A DNA stretch of 64,000 nucleotides, from contig NOWV01000001.1 in NCBI GenBank assembly GCA_003344405.1, positions 248,001 to 312,000 on the forward strand, given 5' to 3'. Source of the stretch: Trichoplax sp. H2. Lineage: Eukaryota. This document shows, piece after piece, positions 53,792 to 64,000 of the stretch; position 1 is the stretch's first letter; every line of letters starts with the position of its first letter. The notes under the pieces were generated by a model. The model searched no databases. It saw only the letters and a list, made by a program, of their open reading frames with translations, and was not told where the DNA came from. The position numbers were made by a program, and so were the translations under genes.

Positions 53792-56700
53792 CAACTGTTA
53801 CAATAAGAGTGTAAAAACTACGTCTATCTAACTTTAAAACTCGTTATCTATACTGTACATAAATTAATAACTATAGCACTAGACTAGATTCTTATCAATT
53901 ATTCAGGTCCTACTGTAGATATTTAGAGAAAGCAGATGTTGGTAATCTGGCACAAGATGAATTCAAAAGCTGATTAAAATTATTGTATGAATTCCATTTG
54001 TATCAACAACTTGCTGCCTTTTAATAAACTTAGTGGAAGGTAATTAGATAGTATTTGAATAACTTGTCTACGCTATAACATTAAAATTAGTCCTAGGATT
54101 ACATATTTGTTTAATTAAGCATGCCAAAAAGTTCTATAGGACAGCAATAATGACAACGTTATAGCTATAGAATATATATTGTTTAATGTTAGTGGAATCA
54201 AATTGATACATTTCTAGTGATCGATATCACGAATTGCGACCAAATCAACTGCAAACCTAAATGGCTGAATAGTTCAGTTCCTATTAGTCATTGTAAATTT
54301 AAGTCGACTAACTTATATTAATGAGAAACTTCTTATATAAGTGTATATATATATACAACACATACACATGCATTAAAATTGATTACATGACTCTCAATTT
54401 GGAACCTATTGGGAAGGCTATTTCAGAATAGTCTCTATTAGCAAAATCATTATGAAGGCGGGTATTCTATAAACGATCCGGTAAAGATTCGAAAATTATT
54501 TTTTCTGTAGTCTATAAATAGCCTTATTGCAGATGGTTTTTAATGAAGAATTTTATTGGGAAGATCTTTTAGGTTGTTATGTTAACACGTGCATATTTAT
54601 ACTTTATCAATGTTATAAATATTGACCTCAATTAGAACATCTCGGCTATGTACCATTGACTTTACAGCTGTCGGATATCGGTGTACGAGTATTAGAACTA
54701 GAAGTATATAGCCGTCAATAAATTACACTTTATGTTATCATTGTAATTTAATGCGCACTTTTATACTCTTCAGTATTCAAATTTAAAATATCATTATTGT
54801 AAATACTTTTTTCAAAATATCAGATAAATTTAATTGTACAATAGATGTAGGATTTTAGAATTTAATTTCAAAGATTTTTTTATCTAGGTCTCACTATATT
54901 AAATTTCTAGTTAATAAATTGAAACCTCCGACTCTTAATCATACTTTGATGAAAAATTTATTAAATATCGGTATATTCTAGACTGAGGGTATAGTTTGGA
55001 CTGTTACACCGGTATGAAGTGTATTTCAAAATTCTTTTAGACATATCGGTGGTAATAAGCTGCAGTACTGTATAGATCCAGTAGGTATATCAAATGAAAG
55101 TCATTATTTCATGACAGCTGCAACATCCGAATATAATGATTAATAGATGGATAAATTATTAACCAACTTTTATAGGTTGATAAATAATATACTCATCATT
55201 ATTCGTGGCAATAACCGTAGCAAAGTTTATCCTATCGTTGATTGATATTCTTACCTAATATTTTACATGGCTATTTACTTCTCAGTTAATTTGTAGCAAA
55301 TTTAATGCTAATTTAGATGCAGTATCAGTGTGAGACGGCATGATATGAGTTAATATACTTCGTATTCTCCTGATCATCATTCGTTATTGCATGATCAATG
55401 TATACTTATCATCCTATTGGATTGATTGACTTTGAGAGAAAAGTAGGACAACTAGCATTAAATGAACATACCAGTAAGAAATTCAAGCATATGATGCCGA
55501 TATATTTTGATTAATTGATTGCTTGATCATATAATCAATAGTCATCTAATCTAGATGTTAAGAACATAATTAATTTTAATAAATTTTATTTAGAATGTAA
55601 CTACTATCTATTTCTTTAGCCTATTTGTTTCATATTTTCTTTCGTCATCTCGACGTCATCGTTTAAAATGATAACACAAATAACAAATATTCAACGGATA
55701 ACGCTCATTAGTTATTCACAGTTTGAGAGATATGATTGACTCCTTTATTATAGGTAACTTAGAATATCATAGATGCTGGAAAAAACGAAAGAATACATTG
55801 ACTGCACAACTGTTGGAAATAAAAATTCTCATGTTTTAATCTTTTAATTAGCATATTAAAGCTAAACTGTTTTAACAATTTGTTTTAAGTACTCGTAATT
55901 ATCTAGCTTAAATTAAAGCTTTTCTAAGATTTAGTTTACATGATGATTTTCATATTAGTGAAGGGCAGTATAACCAATTATTCTACTTGCATAATACTAC
56001 AAGGCAGACGGCACGAGGCTATCAATATTTAGCTTTCCTAAAAAGCTTAATATCCTATCAAATTGGTTTTACATGAAACTTCAGCTCAATGGAGACAGCA
56101 AAGTCAACTATTGTACTTGCATATTATATTTAGATAGACCGGATGAAACTGTCAATATTCTAATTCAATCACTAATCTCTAAATACTAGAAGCTGCTGTA
56201 AATAAACTTACGCAGCTATTTCACCATGTATGAATGTACTGCGGTAGGATCATGTGAGACAGTGTAATATTGTATTCTAAGTTGATGATATATTTAGTAA
56301 TGTCTACCATAGGTATTGTGTTCAACATGTGATAGATATTCTCGTTAGAGGCTTAAGTATTAAATATAGCTAGCTTAGTAACTGTAATCCCTTTGAAGAG
56401 GAGCGCTACAGAGCTCACACTAGAGCTTCACATGAAAGGTGTAAACTATCCTGTATTTGAGATGCTAATACTGAAGTGTGTGGTAAGTAAGGTGCTAAGA
56501 CTGTAAAAGCGGAAAAGTACAGTATATAAGAGAGTAGTTTAGTATAGTAAGACAGTTCTTTCTCGTTAGAGGTCCTCAGCTAATCGATTAAGTTGTATCT
56601 TCGTAAGCGAGGTTTTGTTCTATAAATCTTAATTTTCTAATTTTGAAGATTCTTGATCTATCAACCTCACAGAGCATTAATGAATTTCTGAATAAAGATC

Positions 56701-57725
56701 ACTAACAATACTGCTCGAATTACCGAATAACGGAGCTGTATCTAGTCATTCTATGAGTAATCGCGTACGTCATGCATAAACATAGAAACAAATTGAACGC
56801 TTTAAGGAGACGAGCACTTCTAACGCCAAATTTATCACGAGATATATAAAATCTTATTTAGCATTTCATAATCGACTGTCGGTAACATTAACCTTATTAT
56901 CACGGAGATTAATTTAATCCAAACATTTACAACTCGGAAAATTAGATGTGTATATAGCGTAAACTTACGACTATTCAATCGAAATGAACATGTCCTCTAC
57001 CAAGATAAATGGATATATGAAATATATTTTTAGTAAATAGCCACACCTTAACATATGCGTTTATGTTTCACTGATAGAATTTAGCACTTTATTACAAATT
57101 GACATCTCAAATAGGTTACGTTTAGGATTTTAGTTAAATAATTTTGCAACATCTGATAGAACAATTAGGTGACATCATTCATACGCACTCGATCGAAAGT
57201 GTGTATGCGTACATAAAAGAATGTTTTGTAATTAACTATCAGCTATAAAAGATCATATCGCCAATTCCATTAGTTATAATTATCAATGATTACCATTACG
57301 TCGGTCTATAAATTTAGTACTTATCAGGGTAGTCAATTAGTCAATTCTTTACAGATCCTGAGATTAATGCTCAAATATTTTGACGTGAAGACAATATCAG
57401 TCATCTATCCAGTAGCTTTATTTATGCTTTCTCAGTTAATATACTAAATCTAACAACTTTGATGAGGTATCCCTTTTCTTAGATACCCTAAACACCTACA
57501 ACCTTGACTAAAAACAATTCTGAAGTATGAAGGGATGTACTTTTAAAATCAGTATTATTTTAAGTTTCTTCACATAAATATCAGCATCATTTAAAAAGTG
57601 AGGCAGTAAATACAGAGATTAGATATTTACAAGAATTATACTAAGTACAAAATACTAAGAAAATCATAGCAGATACGACAGCATATTAATATACATTAGG
57701 TAAATAGTCCCTTCAAAGTTTAAAC

Positions 57726-60700
57726 TTAGCCGTAAGAAAGAGGTTGAACTAAATCAAAACAGCCAGTTCCCCCATTAACCACTCGTCCAGTTACCAATCG
57801 TGAAGAAGGAGATTTTAATACATCAATCTCTCCATGAGCTGTTGCTTCTCGCAAGAAGTGAACGGTCGTTTCAAAACTCATTTTTTGAAACGGAGAAGAG
57901 CAAGATGCCATTCCAAGTCGATTTAGTGGCCTATAGCTACCTTCATAGGTCATATAATCAGCAATGAGGGAGAGATGACGATAATTTACGTCAATGCCGT
58001 ACACTCGAAATACATTTTCAATTTCCTAAACATAAACGTTAATATAAGCATATGTAAGTACAAATAAACAGCATTAATAGTTAGATAAATGGTAGACCCT
58101 AATTTAATTTATCATACTTTTCAAACTAAATCAACACAGTAATTCAAGCAGTGCTAATAACTAAGTTAGAATTGTGAGCAATGACTAAGCTAAGAAAGCC
58201 AGATGACTATAAAGACAGCACTAAGTACCTTAATGATCGCTCTATACGCAGCTTCGATGCCATATGTAGACGCCATCGCATGAATTTCATTGGTGTAAAG
58301 TTTATTAACATCTATGATATTAGCAAATTGCCAAGTATCCTAATAGTTTTGTTCACAAATAATGCCTTACGTTATAAGAATATTATGACAAACGAAATAA
58401 AGATAGTTATGCTTAAACGGAAAGCGCCGAAAAACTCAGGAGGTAGATAAATATATTTCTACACCATATGATATTTAACAGCACATTCTGAAAGGAATAT
58501 TGTGTAGTGGCGTCATTGTTATTTTAGTATCCGAAACATGAAAATTCTTCAATATTTCAAAACATTACCTGTAAATTGACTCCATCGGTAGTCAGTGTCA
58601 CGGTTTCATTTTTATCTTTATTAATATAGCACTTCTTAACTGATTGAACTTCCCGAATAGTTGCCTACATCAATATCCACGCAAACAATTATTTACGGTT
58701 GGTATACTTATCACATAGATAAAAAATCTATTCAGGTCAAACCTGCTTAGCCAATTGCTCAATAATAGGTTCTAAAATTATCTTGCCTTCACTCAAGGAT
58801 GTCTAATTACAAAGTTAAAAATATTACCTTGAAATGGGGATATCACATGCTTTGCAGACTCTATTTAACAACGTAAAAGGCTTTATTGTCACGTTTTCGA
58901 CAAGTATTTAGCCTTACCGTAAACGTAAACTCATACCATCGTTTATTTTGTACATCATGAGAATTTGCTACAATTCTCTGATGGATAGCAGATACAGTCT
59001 TCAAATTGAAAAATGAAAAAATTTATTGCTACGCTTACAAAAACCAAAGTCTATTCGTCAAAAAATTTACTTACATTCTCTTTATCTTCGTCGGTTATAT
59101 CCGGCTCTAGTACATGCGGTTCTTCATCTAAAATTATTAATATTAGATAAAATTGCTATACTCCGCGTAATTTCACAATCAAAAATGTGCATACTGAATT
59201 CATTAGAGTTTTGGCTTTGATTTGAGTATAATTCTGAGCCGTCATCATTATCGTCAGATTGGGAACTCGAATCTTCGGTTTCATCTACAATGATTACGCA
59301 ACGAAAGCATCAGTAAACACCGACATTAAATAACTGATAAATCAGAAAGTATATTTGATTAACTAAAGTTGTACTGTACCTTCGAACACTAAATTTAATA
59401 AGTAAATAAAACATTTACTAAAGTTTAAACTCACCATCAGTATTATCATCATAAGATAACTTCTGTAAAAAAATAAGATTAAAACAATCCAATCAATTCA
59501 AAATACGGCTGTAACTTACTTGACGATTATACTATGCTTGGTATGACAAATATACCTTTACTTTATTACTCTTATGGTTCAACTGATTAGGGTTATTTGT
59601 TAATTGATCGTCATATGTTGTCTCCTCATCTTGAGTTGATTCTTTACTTTTTTCTTTAGCTAGTAGGTAATATACCATTTATACATTAGCCCTTTACATA
59701 AACTATTTTTAAAATCATAGTCTTAAACAGAGTTATTACCGTCATCATGAACATCACGGAATTTTCGGAATCGTCCCAATTTATTTAGATTAATAACCCT
59801 GAATAATAAATTAGAGTAAAGAATATTACAATCAGAAATAGATAGCCAGTAGTGTAGTGCAGGGTTAGCAATTCCCCGTAACCTACTTGTTACTTTTGCT
59901 TGCTTTAATGACTTTCTCAACCGATTTTATGAAATGCAGAATAAAGACATCTTCGATAAATTTTATAACTCGCGCAGGCTTGATAGCAAATTCATCCTGT
60001 ATTTCAAATATGAATCGGTAAAAAAGTGCAAAATTCATAGGTTATATATATATATATATATATGATTATAACTGTAGTTATCAAATACCTTATAGTCCTT
60101 ATAGGGCAACAGATTCATTCGCACGGAATAGTACCGTTGAAATTCACTAAAATAATAAATTAGATAATCAACCCTTAAGAGACAGAATTATCCACTAAAA
60201 CAGCAAATATACTGGCTTACGTTACTGAAGCATCTTTAGTTTTTTCATCGTCAGATGTTTTTCGTTTTCGAATTGAAGCGGATACATCAACATTTTCCAG
60301 TACCTGCGGGATTATAAGCGAATTTGCAATTATTATTGTTAAAGAATTTCACTCCATTTTATCCGAAAACTGAATTGAGAAACTTTCTAACTCGAGTTAT
60401 TACTTTGTAAAAGCAAATTCTATCTTTACCATGTAAGCACATAAACGTAAACATGGTATAAAAGCAGCATAAATAGAAAATTAGAATTTACTTGTGATAA
60501 GGTTACTCGTGTGAAATGTTTCTTCAGATATTTAGCATTCTTGTCAGTATCCTTATTCTTCTTGAGTGTAACAATCATGGAAGGTGTTTTAATATTTGGA
60601 CTACCAACCATTAAAATTTCTCTTAATCTTGGAATTCCTAATGTAACATTCATTTCCCCTCGACCAGCAAAATGGAATGTATTTAATGTCATCTGAGTGG

Positions 60701-63700
60701 ATGGCTCGCCTATCGATTGAGCAGCAAGCAAACCTACAGGACATCCGGGCTCCACTAAAGCACGCATAAATTTTAGATGCATCATTTTACGAAAGTTATC
60801 GCAAGGTACATAATCATTGTTTCTCGATGTTGGGATACCATTCTCATATTGCGCTAAGAACAACTCAAGCTCCTTCCATTGCTTCTCTGATACACTACCA
60901 AAATATCTATCCGGTTTTAATCTGCAATTAACAGGGTCTGGACATGTTGAACCTGACTTACAAAATTTTTCTTTAATCGAAGAATCAAGTTTCTTCCATC
61001 CATTAATAATAGCAGTCGTAGCAGTTGATAACCCAGTAGTTTTGTCTAATACATTCGATTTATAATCTTTTCTTATTTTTTGTCCTAAGTTAGAAAATTC
61101 GAACTCTTGTACTGCAGACGTGGAATATAACTGACGTAAAGGCGGTAAGTCATCTATCTTTAAGTTGCGTTTTTGGAACCATTTCGCTAATTTTTTGTAA
61201 CTTCGAACAGCCTTCTTTCTATTGATAAAATCTGATTCCATAACTGCTTTAAAATCTAGCTTATCAAGCATACTGATATAATTATTTGCCATAAATGGGT
61301 AATGTACTGTGGATAAAAACTGTGTATTGGTGACATCGACAGAATCTTCTCCATATTGAAACTGAATTACAGAACCATCGGTATCGCGGACAGTTAGATC
61401 ATATTGAACAACTAGTCCCTCTAAGTGCTTAACTAAACAACGCTGTAAATAGCCACTTCGACTGGTTTTCACAGCAGTATCAACTAATCCTTCTCTTCCA
61501 GCCATACAATGAAAAAAATATTCTTGTGGTCGTAAACCAGACAAGAAGCGATTATCAACAAATCCACCAGCTCTTGGGCTTGTGTCGTAGGGAGTAAAAC
61601 TTGGCAACGAACGTCCACTAATCATTAATGGTGGCCGTTTCCCTTCGAGCTCAATTTGACCAAGCAAGCAAGAAATTTGCATACAATTAACCGTTGAACC
61701 TTTAGCACCGGATTGGACCATTAATTGCAAGTTGTTTTCCGGAAATAGTTTAAGTAGTCCAGCGCCAGTACATGCTTTATTAATTTCATTGGTAAAATGA
61801 TCAGTGTTACGTTTCATATGGCTTTCTAATTCTGCCAATAAATCTTTATTTTTAAGATGAGCTTGACAAAACTTTTCTTGGACAAGCGATTTACTGTTAA
61901 CATTAAACGCTTCCTTAGCAATTTTATTACCGGATGATGCACAGTCTTTGATAAATTGTTGACGCAAATTATCTGCATCTTGTCGAACTAAAATATCTTC
62001 AATACCTAAGGTAAAACCATTCATTTGTAAAAATTTAGTAAGTAGCTTTGATACGCTTGATAGGAAAGTAGTCGAAGTATCGCCGCCATATAATTCATAA
62101 CAACAATGAACTAAACCGTAAGATGTGGCGCCAAAATGAGCTTTGTCTAAGATTCCACATAACAATTCTCCTTGTCGAATAACAACTTGAGATTCGGATA
62201 AAATTTCATCATATAACGGTTTATAATAGCGCGATTTCTTTTTCATACGTGTATTCACCCAACTTTTATCGGCAATTTTTGATTTGCCCAACATATTTAA
62301 AGGTGTACTATTCTTGGGTAAGATATTGAGAAGGAGAGTTGATAAAACTTGCTTACCAGACCATAACTGACGTGGCTTTATAATACAAGGTGGTAATAAA
62401 TGTATCGGACCATCTTTATCAGTTAATGCGAAATAAATAAGCTGAAAATATTGCTCTTTTGTAAACATTCGACCACGAATCATTAACTTCACAGAGGATA
62501 CCATATGATCTTGTATCAAACCACTTATTGGCTTACCATCTTTAGGTAGGAGATACTGATATTTAGTACTTGCAATAGTATAAGCTTCAGCACGTGATAA
62601 TTCGGATTGTGGAACATGCATATTCATTTCGTCACCATCAAAATCAGCATTATAGCATTTACAATTAGCGTAATGTAATCGTAGAGTTTTCTCACCTGGC
62701 AAAACTCTAACCTTATGTGCCATTATACTAGGACGATGTAACGTAGGCTGGCGATTCATTAATACCACATCACCATCAACAAGATGACGATGAACTTTTT
62801 TACATTGACCAACATGGGACGTATTTGGAGTTAATAATTGCTTTGCTAAGGCTTGGCGTTGATTGAAACTGTGTTGACTAATTTTCTTAATATTACCATC
62901 TTCAAATTCAATAAGAGTTGCACCGGGATGCTTATTAGGCCCATTGATGACGGCATTTCTCAACTGTCTAACATTAAATGGTGTAACAGGTTGACAATAG
63001 GTCAATTTTGTAGCAAATACCTCAGGAACTCCAACTTCATCGCAATTAATTGAAAGATCAGGCGAAATTACTGATCGAGCAGCAAAATTCACTCTTTTAC
63101 CCATCATATGCTTCCTTAATAAACCTTCTTTCTTTTCAAGTATTTGCTTAATACCAGGTGCCTTATCAGATGATAATTTATCTAAATCGCTGTCCACAAA
63201 ACAGTTAACGTGCGTTTGTAATCGAAGCCAAGCATTGTGTAATCGAGCTGTAGGTGTACTGCCTGCTATCTTGATTGATCTACCACCAAAGTAATAAGAT
63301 TTCACCTTAACGTCGTGATCGTTGACATTTTTATTCTCTTCTTGTTTTAGATTATCAATTAAATCTTCTACAACGACATTATCTTCTAAAATTTTATTTA
63401 AGTTGGTAGTTTGAGGGCTTTCAAAACGACTATCACCTAATGTTGAAACCTGTCAAGTTCAAGATGATAATAGAGAATCAAACAAGGGTAAAAATGAGTT
63501 CTATTTTATTACAACGCTATAATTTCCGTATCTAGTAATATACCATTATTAACTTGTTACTCCTAAATGTGGACTGCAGTATAATTTAATTCAAGGCCAC
63601 AAGAATGTAACTATGTAATCATTGACTATTTTATATACAAGTAGCATGATACATAAATTATTTAAAAGATCCAATTATAATAACTGATTCTACTTACAGG

Positions 63701-64000
63701 CCTAAATCGTGTTGGTGGGACTGGGATGACATCCAAGAAGAAAGAATTTTCATTTGCTATACGTCTGTTGGAGGTAAGTTTATTAAATGTGCCAAAGACT
63801 AGCGTTAATATGCGTTTCTCATTCTTCCATAGTTGGCGTAAATGATAACGAACTTCAATAGGATGCATATATTTTTGACGAGCTAATGAGTATTCGCTCT
63901 CCATTTCGGTATTCTTTCCTTGATCAATACTGTCATTTGATAGATTACTTGTGACCTGATGTACTAAATTACCCGATTCTGTATTTTCAACTAATTCCTG
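57726..64000 (-). CDS. POLR1A: DNA-directed RNA polymerase I largest subunit (RPA1/A190); 5' part lies beyond the window
   Basis: Contains the catalytic [82 protein letters not shown] (Pol I type) and a C-terminal [18 protein letters not shown]. Phase-consistent GT-AG exons: >64000-63698, 63449-60492, 60303-60221, 60146-60089, 59996-59887, 59798-59740, 59659-59556, 59462-59435, 59284-59195, 59127-59075, 58998-58918, 58802-58743, 58664-58569, 58339-58229, 58025-57726. Boundaries in the acidic region (59075-59800) are less certain. Confidence 0.98.

Noticed and set aside
60426-60491. C-terminal [12 protein letters not shown]... of the 959-aa ORF and its start at 63305
   Set aside because: The tail is intron read-through past the donor at 60491, and the true exon begins at the acceptor before 63449.

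Overview
This is AT-rich, spliced (GT-AG intron) eukaryotic DNA from an animal. CpG is not obviously depleted and the housekeeping introns are very short, which fits a compact basal-metazoan genome such as a placozoan (inference only). Three protein-coding genes, all on the minus strand, could be reconstructed exon by exon. (1) A 5-exon midnolin (MIDN) orthologue at 1925-10634, about 330 aa, with Ubl, split Catch and C-terminal helix regions; three of its exons are missing from the ORF track. (2) A 3-coding-exon NIM1K AMPK-related kinase at 34398-45658, about 523 aa, with a His tract and a C-terminal CaaX. (3) The 3' part of POLR1A/RPA1 at 57726 to beyond 64000, with 15 exons in the window. 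Between these genes are long non-coding stretches. They contain two CRE-rich putative promoters, three tandem-repeat arrays, and a 20-N assembly gap flanked by two haplotype copies that differ by a 219-bp TTAA-bounded indel. The most unusual signal is the five-unit array at about 49.3-50.4 kb: each unit is closed by a 7-bp stem directly next to box C-like and box D motifs, resembling a tandem box C/D snoRNA cluster (hypothesis, not established). No prokaryotic systems, CRISPR arrays, tRNA or rRNA genes were seen.
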